Source: Fervidobacterium sp. (GTDB lineage Bacteria > Thermotogota > Thermotogae > Thermotogales > Fervidobacteriaceae). Taken from it: a stretch of 64,000 bases of DNA. How positions within the stretch are numbered: position 1 is the first letter of the stretch; each line of letters starts with the position of its first letter. This document shows positions 52,446 to 62,629 of this stretch, piece after piece. The notes below the pieces were generated by a model. That model had not been told where the DNA came from and did not search any database. It saw only the letters and a program-made list of their open reading frames with translations. The stretch is taken from contig JBMFNR010000001.1 in NCBI GenBank assembly GCA_049970055.1, positions 1 to 64,000 of the forward strand, in the 5' to 3' direction. Position numbers and translations under genes: made by a program.

Positions 52446-53718
52446 TGTTGGCAAATCTACCTTGTTTAACAAACTTATCGGTAAAAGAAAATCCATCGTT
52501 GCAGACGAAAATGGTACAACAAGAGACGCGGTCATTGACCGCGTCATTTGGTTTGATAAATCGTTTCAGGTTGTCGATACGTGTGGGATATTCGAAGGAA
52601 AAGAGAATGAAATTTACGAAAAAAGTAGGGAAATAACCAATAAAGCTCTTTCCGAAGCGGATGTAGTGTTCTTTGTTGTCGATGGTAGGAATGGCTTATC
52701 TTCCGAAGATTTCACAATTGCCGAGCTACTTAGAAAATCTGGTGTCGATGCTGTATTGGTTGCAAACAAAGTTGAAAATGAAAAAATTTACGAAAAAAAC
52801 TTGCCGGAATTATTCTCACTAGGTTTCGGTGAGCCAATTCCCGTGTCGGCAGAGCAAAACAGAAATTTAGACTATCTAATTGAGTTAACAATTCAAAAGC
52901 TTGAAGCTAAAGGTTATGACTTGGAGAAGAGAATAGATGAAGGGAATGTGATAAGAGTTACGTTGGTTGGTCGACCAAATGTAGGTAAGTCTTCTCTTTT
53001 TAACATGATCGTGAATGAACAAAGAGCACTTGTAACACCTGTAGCCGGTACAACAAGGGATATAATTGATGAATTTGTTAAAATAAATAACAAAAACTAC
53101 CTTTTCGTAGATACTGCTGGTCTTAGGAAAAAAAGCAGAATAGATGATTTTATTGAACGTATAAGCACGATGAGAACGATCGACTCCATTGAAAGATCTG
53201 ATGTTGTTGTGCTTGTGATCGATGCGACAGAGGGGATAACAAGACAAGATCAGCGAGTTGCAGGTCTTGCCGAGAAGAATGGTAAAGCTACAGTTATTGT
53301 TTTCAATAAGTGGGATCTTGTAAAACATGCTGATAAAAGAATCAACAACTACTTAGATCAAGTAAGTGAAAAGCTTTACTTTATCGATTACAGTCCTGTT
53401 GTTTTTACAAGCACCGTTAGCAAAATTGGGTTCAGAGAACTTATAAACGCAATAAACAAATCATACGAATCTCTTCACAAGAAGGTCCCAACAAGTGCTG
53501 TTAATGCTGCAATACAAAGGATGATAGTTAAACCACCCCACGGTTTAAAATTGTACTATGGGCTACAAGTTGATACAAACCCACCAACATTTTTATTTTT
53601 TGTAAACAAGACTCAAGTACCGGAAAGTTTTCAAAACGCAATTAGAAGAACGATAAGAGAGCAAGTTGATCCATTTGTAGGTGCGCCAATATTCTTAAAG
53701 TTTAAGGAACGTGAGTAA
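52384..53718 (+). CDS. der: Ribosome biogenesis GTPase Der (EngA)
   Basis: Two G domains: GKSNVGKS/GTTRD/DTCG/NKVE and GRPNVGKS/GTTRD/DTAG/NKWD; PPTF C-terminal domain. Confidence 0.95.
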   Translation: MLANLIQKNKVPTVLIVGKSNVGKSTLFNKLIGKRKSIVADENGTTRDAVIDRVIWFDKSFQVVDTCGIFEGKENEIYEKSREITNKALSEADVVFFVVDGRNGLSSEDFTIAELLRKSGVDAVLVANKVENEKIYEKNLPELFSLGFGEPIPVSAEQNRNLDYLIELTIQKLEAKGYDLEKRIDEGNVIRVTLVGRPNVGKSSLFNMIVNEQRALVTPVAGTTRDIIDEFVKINNKNYLFVDTAGLRKKSRIDDFIERISTMRTIDSIERSDVVVLVIDATEGITRQDQRVAGLAEKNGKATVIVFNKWDLVKHADKRINNYLDQVSEKLYFIDYSPVVFTSTVSKIGFRELINAINKSYESLHKKVPTSAVNAAIQRMIVKPPHGLKLYYGLQVDTNPPTFLFFVNKTQVPESFQNAIRRTIREQVDPFVGAPIFLKFKERE

Positions 53719-54043
53719 AATTATGCCTGAAAGTTTATCTGATGATTTTTTAAATCAACTTGATGAATTACTCAAAGGAACAAAATGCCCAGAATGCTTG
53801 AAATGTGGCTGGTGTTGTAAACATACTGTATGTTACTACGGTGAATGGGACTATGAAAAAGGTCAGTGCAAGTTCCTTACAGACGATAATTTGTGTGCAA
53901 AATACGATGAAATAAACAGATTGGAAGGCGAAATGAAGTTGGAGATAAGATTATTCGGAAGCGGGTGTTGTTTAAATTATTCTAATCCTGAAAGATTGAA
54001 GAGGCGAAGGGAGTTAGAAAAAACTGATGATGAAGAGCCGTAA
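53711..54043 (+). CDS. Cys-rich YkgJ-like (CxxCGxCC) putative Fe-S/Zn protein
   Basis: CLKCGWCC, CKFL, LCAKY, GCC. Confidence 0.65.
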   Translation: MSKIMPESLSDDFLNQLDELLKGTKCPECLKCGWCCKHTVCYYGEWDYEKGQCKFLTDDNLCAKYDEINRLEGEMKLEIRLFGSGCCLNYSNPERLKRRRELEKTDDEEP

Positions 54044-55739
54044 CTTAACAAAATTAATTCTTAAAAAAAACCTCCTAATTGCATTGATCGTCTCTGGAGC
54101 ATTCAGTACTGTGTTTTTTATATGGCTTGTTTCATTTATCTCTAGAGATTCTCTAAGGACTTTTGAAATAATCGATAAATCGTTCGAAAAAACTATTAGC
54201 TCTTTGGCTAATAATATTACATCTGATAGATATGAAATGGAAGAGTATTCCTACATACAGTTGGTTAAAGCACTTATTGAAAATGAAAATAATAAAGTTG
54301 ATAATGCTGTTTTAGAGCAACTAAAGAATATATACATAAACTCTCTACCGCCGAAGTTTGTTGATTTGGACCTTGCCGTCTGTAATAAATACGGACAGGT
54401 TCTTTCTGCCACAGGATTACATGCAGATTTAGCTAGATTAAACTTCGCACCTGTAAAATATCAAGATAATTCCTATCCGAGATTTTTATCCTTCGTGCCG
54501 AATACAAGACGTCTGGTCTTGTACACGTGGGTACAATTAGAAGACAATTTCTTAATTTTCGCTTTTTACATAGATCCAAGAATTTACAATGATTTGATAA
54601 ATGCTTTTACTATGAATAAGATTGGAAACATTATTGATATCGCCATTTACATAAACAAAAAGACAAGACTGGACAGCTCCGTGGCAACTTTTGATGAACA
54701 GATAAGTAATGTGAAAGACGAAAAAATAGTTAAGAAATATTTTGAGATTGTGTATTACAAAATGTTTGTTTTTTCAAAATACGACTCATTGGTAACGCCT
54801 TTATACATTAAAGTCACGCTAAATTATATTAACTTTGTATACATAATTAGTCTTTTCATTCTGGTATTTATAATAACTGTACTTATTTTTACTTACACAT
54901 CATCAAGCTTTTCGGTTTCGCCGTTCATAAATGATTTGGCGAAACTTAACGCGGCTATTCAAGAAGTCGGGAATACGGGTGTTTTACCACCGGCTGGTGG
55001 TTTTACTTTGGAGGAAAGCCAAGATTTTTACGAAACACTGTCTGCAATGTTGGAAGAATTAAGTGCGACCACGGAAGAGCTTGAAGCGACAAATGCAGAG
55101 TTGGAGAGAGCTTACAATGATATAGCTAAAAAGAGCGAGGACCTCAAAGAATTGCTTTTGAACATTTCCGAAAGACTTGCCGTTATTGCGGAAGGTTACG
55201 ATGAAAACACTGGTCATCATATTTATCGTGTGAAACTGTTAAGTGGATTTCTGGCTGAAAAACTTGGCCTTGATGAAGAAGTGGTTGAAAGTATAAGGAT
55301 GTTCGCAAGCTTGCACGATATAGGCAAGATATTTGTGCCGAAAGATATACTCCAAAAACCAGGCAAGTTGACTGCAGAAGAGTGGGAGATAATGCGCCAA
55401 CACACCATATTTGCTAAAAGAATACTTGACATACCAGGATTTGAAAGAGCTTTAAGTATAGCATTATATCACCATGAAAATTACGATGGGACAGGCTATC
55501 CTTTCGGGTTAAAAGAAGGTGAAATTCCGATAGATGCGCATATCGTAAAATTAGTGGATACATACGATGCACTTAGATCGGAAAGACCATACAAAAGGAG
55601 TTTTACACACGAAGAAGCAATGAAGGTAATTCTGGAAGGTGACGGTAGAACATCCCCCGAACATTTCGATCAGAAGCTGCTGGAAGTTTTTCGGAAGTAT
55701 AGTGAAGAAATTAAGATTTTATGGGAAAGTATAAAATAA
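54027..55739 (+). CDS. Membrane-anchored HD-GYP phosphodiesterase
   Basis: Two TM segments flanking an extracytoplasmic domain, coiled coil, LHDIGK, HHENYDGTGYP, ERPYK. Confidence 0.9.
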   Translation: MMKSRNLTKLILKKNLLIALIVSGAFSTVFFIWLVSFISRDSLRTFEIIDKSFEKTISSLANNITSDRYEMEEYSYIQLVKALIENENNKVDNAVLEQLKNIYINSLPPKFVDLDLAVCNKYGQVLSATGLHADLARLNFAPVKYQDNSYPRFLSFVPNTRRLVLYTWVQLEDNFLIFAFYIDPRIYNDLINAFTMNKIGNIIDIAIYINKKTRLDSSVATFDEQISNVKDEKIVKKYFEIVYYKMFVFSKYDSLVTPLYIKVTLNYINFVYIISLFILVFIITVLIFTYTSSSFSVSPFINDLAKLNAAIQEVGNTGVLPPAGGFTLEESQDFYETLSAMLEELSATTEELEATNAELERAYNDIAKKSEDLKELLLNISERLAVIAEGYDENTGHHIYRVKLLSGFLAEKLGLDEEVVESIRMFASLHDIGKIFVPKDILQKPGKLTAEEWEIMRQHTIFAKRILDIPGFERALSIALYHHENYDGTGYPFGLKEGEIPIDAHIVKLVDTYDALRSERPYKRSFTHEEAMKVILEGDGRTSPEHFDQKLLEVFRKYSEEIKILWESIK

Positions 55740-55741
55740 TC

Positions 55742-55769
55742 TTGACTAAACAAATACTTATGGTAAAAT
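55742..55769 (+). promoter_or_regulatory. rpsB promoter
   Basis: TTGACT, 16 nt, TAAAAT with extended -10 TG. Confidence 0.65.
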
Positions 55770-55825
55770 CCTTTAGACTGAATGTCAGTTAAATGTGAGC
55801 TAAGTGTCAGGCATCTGCCTGGATT

Positions 55826-55944
55826 ACTCACGCTAACTGTTTCCCACCTCGGTGCTTTACCTCAAAGGTTGTTAAAGCTATTAACACTTTCAATGTTCGA
55901 AAGGGGTAAAGTCGGTGGGTGAAAAGTTGGCGGAGGCAAAAACC
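55826..55944 (+). ncRNA. rpsB 5' leader (t44/S2 autoregulatory RNA-like)
   Basis: ACTCACGCTAACT pairs with AGTTGGCG, followed by GAGGCAAAAACC; inner CCCACC/GGTGGG and CTTTACCTC/GGGGTAAAG stems; GGTG bulge; upstream of rpsB. Confidence 0.75.
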
Positions 55945-55963
55945 AAATGATGGAGGTGTAGGT

Positions 55964-56740
55964 ATGCCAGTAGTATCGATGAAACAACTTCTTGAAGCGG
56001 GTGTGCACTTCGGACACAGGACACAAAGATGGAACCCGAAGATGAAACCTTATATCTACGGTGCAAGGAAAGGTATTTACATCATTGACTTGCAAAAAAC
56101 AGTTAAACTTATCGACGAAGCATATGACTTTGTAAGGGATATTGCAAGCAAGGGCGGGACGATACTTTTTGTTGGAACAAAAAAACAAGCGCAGCAAGTT
56201 GTTAAGAACGAAGCGGAAAGGTGCGGAGGATTCTACGTTAACAACAGATGGCTTGGTGGATTGTTAACAAATTTCCAGACAATTCAAACGAGAATTCAAA
56301 GGCTTATCGAACTTGAAGAAATGGAAGCAAATGGGGAACTTGACAAGCTTCCAAAGAAAGAACAGAGCAAGCTCCGAAAGACACTTGAGAAACTTAGAAA
56401 AAACCTTGGCGGGTTAAAGAATATGAAAAGTCTCCCGGATGTTTTGTTTATAGTTGATCCAAGAAAAGAGAAGATTGCCGTTGAGGAAGCAAATTATCTT
56501 GGAATTCCAATCGTTGCGATGGTAGATACAAATTGTGATCCAGATCCTATCGATTATGTTATACCTTCAAATGATGATGCTATAAGAGCAATAGCTTTGA
56601 TAGCTTCGAAAATAGCAGACGCTTACCTCGAAGGAAGAGAAGGTATACCCTACTCTTCAGAAGAAGTCCAATCGGAAACTCCAGCTACAGAAGAGATCGA
56701 AATTAATATACCAGAGAATCTCGAGGATGAAGAAATTTAG
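55964..56740 (+). CDS. rpsB: 30S ribosomal protein S2
   Basis: [45 protein letters not shown]. Confidence 0.97.
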   Translation: MPVVSMKQLLEAGVHFGHRTQRWNPKMKPYIYGARKGIYIIDLQKTVKLIDEAYDFVRDIASKGGTILFVGTKKQAQQVVKNEAERCGGFYVNNRWLGGLLTNFQTIQTRIQRLIELEEMEANGELDKLPKKEQSKLRKTLEKLRKNLGGLKNMKSLPDVLFIVDPRKEKIAVEEANYLGIPIVAMVDTNCDPDPIDYVIPSNDDAIRAIALIASKIADAYLEGREGIPYSSEEVQSETPATEEIEINIPENLEDEEI

Positions 56741-56768
56741 TGTAAAAGATAGAAAATATAAAAATGTA

Positions 56769-56802
56769 AGCCCTCACCATTGACAGTGGGGGCTCTTATT
56801 TT
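56769..56802 (+). terminator. Terminator after rpsB
   Basis: AGCCCTCAC...GTGGGGGCT stem then CTTATTTT; between convergent genes. Confidence 0.65.
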
Positions 56803-57661
56803 ATCGCTTAGTACTCAGATAAGAATTACCAATTAGAGCGCTTAATATGAGTACCATTCCGAAAACTTGTAACGGTTTAATGGTTTCATGGCGTATGAAG
56901 CTACCAGCCAACACGGAAACTATAGTTGTTAAATTTGAAAAAAGTGTTGAAACAGTTGGCGAAACTTTGCTTAGCATAAAGTTGACAAGGAAGAATGCTA
57001 CCGTTGATGATAAAATTCCAAGGTAAAGGGTACCTATAAGAACAGGCTTGGCAAGGTTTATCGTAAATTGCCCAGTTATTAGACTTAAAAATGTGAAAAA
57101 AACAAATCCGGTAATCATCATAAAAAATGTTATTTCTTGAGGTCTAAATTCCTCAGATAGTTTCCTTGATAAGATGTTGTACATAGCCGCTGAGAAAACC
57201 GCACCGAGAATAAGTAACTTTCCAAGCAAAGCTCCAGAAACTTTTTCGCCGAAACCAACTATTAAAACAACTCCAAAAAAGCTCAGAAAAGCAAAGAAAA
57301 TTTTGTACCATCTAATCTTTTCTTTCAAAAGCAACGGCGAGAGTACGACAACAACTATGGGAATCATAGCTATAAGCATACCAGCTTCGGAAGAAGAGGC
57401 ATATTTCAATCCATTGGTTTCAAAGATAAAGTACAAAATGGGTTGGAATATCGCAACCTTCCAAATCTTCCAATAAGGTTTTTTCTCAAGTCTTATCACC
57501 TTAAAGAAAAGTAAAACAATCATCGACAAAGAAGCTATGAAAAATCTATAAGAAAGAAAAGTGTAAACAGGAACATAAGCCAAACTGTTTTTGGTGAAAA
57601 GAAAAGAAAGTCCAAAAATGAAAGATATAGCAAGCCCTGAAAAAAGTACACCTAAACTCAA
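56801..57661 (-). CDS. DMT/EamA family transporter
   Basis: About 10 TM, YRFFIA, ETNGL, AFFLVNFML; TTG start after GGAGG. Confidence 0.88.
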   Translation of the reverse strand: MSLGVLFSGLAISFIFGLSFLFTKNSLAYVPVYTFLSYRFFIASLSMIVLLFFKVIRLEKKPYWKIWKVAIFQPILYFIFETNGLKYASSSEAGMLIAMIPIVVVVLSPLLLKEKIRWYKIFFAFLSFFGVVLIVGFGEKVSGALLGKLLILGAVFSAAMYNILSRKLSEEFRPQEITFFMMITGFVFFTFLSLITGQFTINLAKPVLIGTLYLGILSSTVAFFLVNFMLSKVSPTVSTLFSNLTTIVSVLAGSFIRHETIKPLQVFGMVLILSALIGNSYLSTKR

Positions 57662-57767
57662 AGTATGCACCTCCACGAATGTAGTGTAATGCCGCATAAT
57701 GTAGCATGTAGTAGATAATAAGTTCGTACAACGAATATTTTCGAAAGTATTTTATCATACAAACCAT

Positions 57768-57805
57768 AAAAAAAGAACCCCCGATTCATAAAGGGGGCTC
57801 TTTTT
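57768..57805 (-). terminator. Intrinsic terminator after solute-binding protein gene
   Basis: Minus strand AAGAGCCCCC...GGGGGTTCTT followed by a U-tract. Confidence 0.8.
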
Positions 57806-57868
57806 GAATTACTTGAACTTTGAATTTTTTTGAAGTCATATATTTACATAAAGTTTCAATAATTGAAA

Positions 57869-59266
57869 TTATTTACCTTCGATTTGCTTCCTTATTTGCG
57901 GAAATTTCTTTTCAGCCTCCAAAAGCTTCTTCTGGAATATCGTCCATGACTCTTTAATTACTTTATTTGCTTTCTCTTGAGTTTCAGCTGCAACCGATTC
58001 AGGTTGGATTGCCCCAGCCCTTATCTTTTCGTTTACCGGGAATATTATATCCCAAATAACCTCAAACCAGCCAGGTACGATCTTCCACATATCTACCCGA
58101 ACTGTCTTATCGAGATTTTTGAGCATGTATTTTATACCATTTGGAATATTTATGTTGTCGAAATATTTAACTACGTCGGGGTGCATAGTAGCCGGCACAA
58201 ACCAATCTATAAGTCTTCCATTTTCTACACCTTGGTTTTGAAAGAGTTTCAGTCTTGCCACCACGCCTCGCGGGTCATAAGTTAAAAATCTTGCAAATAA
58301 GAATGCTTCTTTTGGATACTTTGTCGTAGAGGTAACAAAAGTGTAGTTTATATGCACTGGGATTCTTTGACCAATTTTTGGATCGTACGGAAGTGGGTAG
58401 TAGTCGAAATTCCATGGAACAGTTCTTAACCAACTCCAATCGTAAGTTGCCTCAAAACCTGTCAAGACTTTCGATTCTCTAAATGCATCTGCATCTTTTC
58501 CGAACTTCTTTTGATAATCATCAAGCTGGTTTTTATTTCTCAATTCTTGGTTGATCAAATCATCAGACACAAGCCCAGGAATTGATTTCAGCTCTTTTTG
58601 AAGTTTGATTGCCGGTATCCACCCACCATTTACAAGATCGAATTCCCACTTTTCAGGATCAAAACTCCAGAATGTAGTATGATCACTAAGTACAGCAGCC
58701 ATGAACGTATCAAATTCCCACAGTTGGTTGATACCCGAATACTCTTTAGTTGTTGCTTTTCTCAAATATTGTTTGAACAAATCAACGGTCCACTCTTCGT
58801 AAGTTGGCACTTTAAGATTTAACTTTTTCAGTAAATCAAGATTGACTACTATACACTCAAAATGTAATCTGTTACCGAGCGCGTAGGTTTTATTATTATA
58901 TTTAAATGCATTCAAAACACTTTTTGGAACGTAATTCAAATATGGATCGTCTTTAAGAAATTCATCAAGTGGGTATACCCAGCCCTGAGATACTGGGTAA
59001 GAAAGTGGTTCCCAAGATTCTGCGATTACGTCTGGAAGTGGTTGTTTTGCGGAAGCCTTCGCTGTAAGAAAACTATTTACATCTGGGTCGTTAACAACAA
59101 ATTTAACTTCGATATCTGGATAATACTTATTAAATTCCTCCGCAAGCTTTTTGTACCTGTCAACATCCCAACTCCAAACAGAGACTGTTATTGATGCTTT
59201 TGCAAGTATGGACACAGAAAAAGCTAAAAGTAGCATTACTAAAAATAATCTGAAATAAGTTCTCAT
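57869..59266 (-). CDS. Sugar ABC transporter substrate-binding protein (no adjacent permeases)
   Basis: Signal peptide, EEFNKYYPDIEV, LPDVI, YPLDEFL, TYAL, KEAFLFARFL. Confidence 0.88.
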   Translation of the reverse strand: MRTYFRLFLVMLLLAFSVSILAKASITVSVWSWDVDRYKKLAEEFNKYYPDIEVKFVVNDPDVNSFLTAKASAKQPLPDVIAESWEPLSYPVSQGWVYPLDEFLKDDPYLNYVPKSVLNAFKYNNKTYALGNRLHFECIVVNLDLLKKLNLKVPTYEEWTVDLFKQYLRKATTKEYSGINQLWEFDTFMAAVLSDHTTFWSFDPEKWEFDLVNGGWIPAIKLQKELKSIPGLVSDDLINQELRNKNQLDDYQKKFGKDADAFRESKVLTGFEATYDWSWLRTVPWNFDYYPLPYDPKIGQRIPVHINYTFVTSTTKYPKEAFLFARFLTYDPRGVVARLKLFQNQGVENGRLIDWFVPATMHPDVVKYFDNINIPNGIKYMLKNLDKTVRVDMWKIVPGWFEVIWDIIFPVNEKIRAGAIQPESVAAETQEKANKVIKESWTIFQKKLLEAEKKFPQIRKQIEGK

Positions 59267-59304
59267 AATCTCACTCCTCTCCAACATAAAAAGTACTTAT
59301 TCAT

Positions 59305-60227
59305 TTATAATCCAAATGAAACACTTAACGTTGCTCCGTGAAATCCCGAATTTTTTATAACCCCATAAAACTTTGCGTCCGCATTTCCGAATTTGGTTGC
59401 AATGTAAGGATCGAATTCGTAAGCTCCACTACCAAGCGCATAAGTACCTGAGCTCCCAATTTTATAATTTCCAACCTTGTAATTCCCATCACCGTAGAAT
59501 TTTATATTTGTGAAATCACTAGCGTCCACTTCAAAGATCAAGTTTGAACTTGGCAGTTCAGCGGAAAAACCCAGTAATAGTCCTAAAAGTTCATTATCGG
59601 TGTACTCGTAACCAGCGGCAACGTAAAATGTGAATGGTCTTAGGTTGTAGGAAATCCTCGTTCCCAAAAGGCCATAGCTGAAATCAACTACACCATTAAC
59701 ATTGAATGCAATGTTAAACGGATAGAACGAGGTTTTAACTAAAATTGCAAAATCCGTGGATGCGATTGAATTAGCATTAAAACTTGTTCCACCATCAATG
59801 TAGATATTGTTTGCTCCATACACGAAAGATATCACACTTTTGTACCAGAGTATACCTATTCCATTTTCCCCCATTTTAGGCTTCCGTTATTTCCGAGAAA
59901 GCTATCGTAATCAGCAATGTTTCTGTATACGAAAAAAACCGTCAAGTTGTTATTCGCTTTCCACGGTATGAAAAGTTCGTTTATGTAAGCCGAAGCGATG
60001 TTAGGGGCTGTGTATTTTATATCAGCGACTAACACCGCCCCACTAGAGGTAATTACTAAGTACGCCGCATTGTCCGATGCAAACCAATTCGAATTGGACA
60101 AGGAAAATGTTGGAGAGATTGTATATTTAAACTCCACTCTTCCGTTAATCTGTACATTTCCTGCTAAGGCGATTACAAAAAAAGCAAATAAAAGAACTAT
60201 GGTCGAGAGTTTTTCTAAATTTTTCAT
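59305..60227 (-). pseudogene. Probable outer-membrane beta-barrel/porin-like protein, frameshifted at G5 tract 59868-59872
   Basis: Two overlapping ORFs (60227-59856, 59874-59305) join into about 307 aa if one G is added; signal peptide, VQINGRVEF start, amphipathic aromatic strands, ends GATLSVSFGL. Confidence 0.65.
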
Positions 60228-60290
60228 ACACCGTAACTCCTTTCAAATCTCAAATAAACTCAAAAGTATCTTTCATAAGTTTCATAATAA

Positions 60291-60316
60291 GGGTAACCCA
60301 AAATATTGGGTTATCC
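60291..60316 (-). terminator. Hairpin/terminator between CBM gene and porin-like gene
   Basis: GGGTAACCCAA-AATA-TTGGGTTATCC stem. Confidence 0.65.
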
Positions 60317-60335
60317 GAAAAAATTTTTCCTTGCA

Positions 60336-61478
60336 TTATTTTACTGGTGAAATTGAAATGTCGTCAAAGTAGAAAGTTGTAGGTATCCCTTTCCCGAGCT
60401 CGAAACTCAAAGTCACAACAGGATCTGCGTTTTCTGGATGTGTGTACTCAAATACAAACGTTTGCCATTCCTTCGTCAAATTAACTGTCTTTTCAAAGTA
60501 TGTGCCATAAGGAGCGCCCGTTTGAACAAACTTTACGTTTATACTCCTTGGTTCATCAGCTTTTGCTTTAAAAGAAATTGTGTACTTATTACCTTTTCTC
60601 AACTTGACCCATTGATTAAATTGTATGTGCCATGTCTCCGTGCCAGTATCTTGCACAACTATGTAACCATATCCGTTCTTGACACCGTACTCAGATACCT
60701 TTGCAGAGCTTATATTGTACTGGCCTGCCTGCCAAATCCACCACTCGCTCGGCATACTACCTTGATCATTAACTATCTTGTAACTAAAATCGCCATTGTT
60801 TACAAGATTGTCCGGTTCCTCTTCTTCAAAATCATACTCGATCGTCTCAGTTGGTTCCTCGGGGAGGTATTCAGGGGGAACTTGCGATTTATCAATAGGT
60901 TTAATAATGATATCTGAGAAATAAATAGTCGTTGCTTCAGATTTTCCAAGTTCAAACCCAAACGTTACAGTTTCATCTGCTCTATCCGGATGAATGTAAT
61001 AAAACTCATAAGTCTTCCACTCATTTGTTAATTCGATTGTTTGCGAAAAGTAATTACTCCATGGTTCGTGTGTTTGAAGTATCTTCACATTGATAGTTCT
61101 TGGTTTGTCAGCTTTGACTCTAAATGATATGTAATAAGCTTGCTTTGGTGATAGTTTGACCCACTGATTGAATTGAATATGCCAAGTGTCAGAACCTGGA
61201 TCTTGAATCTTAACAAACGCGTAACCGTTTTTAACTCCGTAACTTTCAACTTTTCCGTTGCTTACACCATACCTTGCTGCTTCCCATATCCACCAGTCGT
61301 TTGGTTTGTTTGCTTGATCGTTCGTTATTGGTAATAAGAATCTGCCGTTATTAACAATGTTTATTCCATCTTCTTTTATAGCTTGAACCGTTTGCGCAAC
61401 TTGCTGCGTCGTTTCACACAAGGCTAAAACGAACAGGCTTAGAAAAAGAGCCAAAAACATTATCCTTACTTTTTTCAT
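60336..61478 (-). CDS. Secreted tandem CBM4 carbohydrate-binding protein, no catalytic domain
   Basis: Signal peptide; two repeats of NNGxF...NDQ...WWIW...TWHIQFNQW...ISFxxKAD...HP...FELG, closely resembling the laminarin-binding CBM4-2 of Thermotoga Lam16A as I recall it. Confidence 0.88.
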   Translation of the reverse strand: MKKVRIMFLALFLSLFVLALCETTQQVAQTVQAIKEDGINIVNNGRFLLPITNDQANKPNDWWIWEAARYGVSNGKVESYGVKNGYAFVKIQDPGSDTWHIQFNQWVKLSPKQAYYISFRVKADKPRTINVKILQTHEPWSNYFSQTIELTNEWKTYEFYYIHPDRADETVTFGFELGKSEATTIYFSDIIIKPIDKSQVPPEYLPEEPTETIEYDFEEEEPDNLVNNGDFSYKIVNDQGSMPSEWWIWQAGQYNISSAKVSEYGVKNGYGYIVVQDTGTETWHIQFNQWVKLRKGNKYTISFKAKADEPRSINVKFVQTGAPYGTYFEKTVNLTKEWQTFVFEYTHPENADPVVTLSFELGKGIPTTFYFDDISISPVK

Positions 61479-61517
61479 AGTTTTACCTCCTTTTTTGAAC
61501 TTTAGAATTTAAAGATG

Positions 61518-62566
61518 CTAACCTTGTATTTCTTTTAAGACAACGTCGTCAATGTATATCGTGTTAGGACCTACGGTTCCTAGCTCGAAGCTAAACTTGA
61601 CTGTCTGGGCAGCATCGGTTGGGTGGAGATATTCAAACTCGACCGTTTGCCAATCGGTTGTCGTTGAAACATCTTTTGAATAGTAAGTCGTCCAGGGATC
61701 TTGAGTCATGACTATTTTGACTGGTACTGTTGTATTAGTAGCTGCCTTTATTTTGAATGAAACAAAATACTTCTTCCCCTGCTCAAGATCTACGTCTTGG
61801 TTAAATTGGACCTCCCATGTCCCATTCCCAGCGGCCTTCAAATCAATAACTGCAACGCCATCCAAAACTTTTGGAGATTCTGAAACATAATCACCACTTT
61901 GGAACCAATACCACTCATATTTCAAGTGCCCATCTATCCATTTTATTGTGTCTGATGAAAAATCACCATTTTGGATTATGTTGTCTCCGTAAATAGGTTC
62001 CGCGTCACCTTTGAGAAGAACAACAACTGAGTCAAAGTATACTTTGTTTGCACCAACAGATCCCAATTCAAGCTTAGTTTAACAACTTCGTCAGCCCCTA
62101 ATGGATGAGTGTAATCAAATTTTTCTTCCTTCCATTGCGTTGTAACTTGTATTTCTTTGGAATCGTAAACAGTGTAAGGATCATGTGTTTGAGCTATAGA
62201 GACCTTTATAGTTGTTGGTTTATCCGATTTGACCTTAAACGAGACACTGTAAATTTTTCTTTCTTGTAATTGGATGTTTTGGTTGAACTGAACCTCCCAT
62301 GAGTCGCCCGCTTTTTTCAGATCAAATACAGCGTACCCGTTTGTTATTTTTGGATAACCGCTAGTTACAAAATCTCCATTTTGGAACCAATACCAATCAC
62401 CAGTCTGAGGTTCTTCATCGATATACTTAATGGCTCCACCCGAAAATGTTCCATTTTTTACTATATTACCCTCAACTTCTTGCTCTGGCAACTCAATAGG
62501 TGCACATGATGCTATCAAAACCAAAACCGCTATTAGTGTAACAAAAGTAAGCATCCTTTTTTTCAT
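61518..62566 (-). pseudogene. Tandem CBM4 lipoprotein, frameshifted near 62070
   Basis: Lipobox LIASC; two repeats with NGxFS...WYWFQ...WEVQFNQ...HP; adding one T (AGC TT[T] GAA TTG) restores SFELG and gives about 349 aa. Confidence 0.8.
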
Positions 62567-62629
62567 ACCAGACACCTCCCAAACGTAAGTATAGTTTATA
62601 GATTGGAAAATCACTTTTGCGATATCCAC

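Noticed and set aside
59860..62080. Programmed ribosomal frameshifting as the explanation for the two split genes
   Set aside because: Neither site has an in-frame X XXY YYZ heptamer or an evident downstream stimulatory structure.
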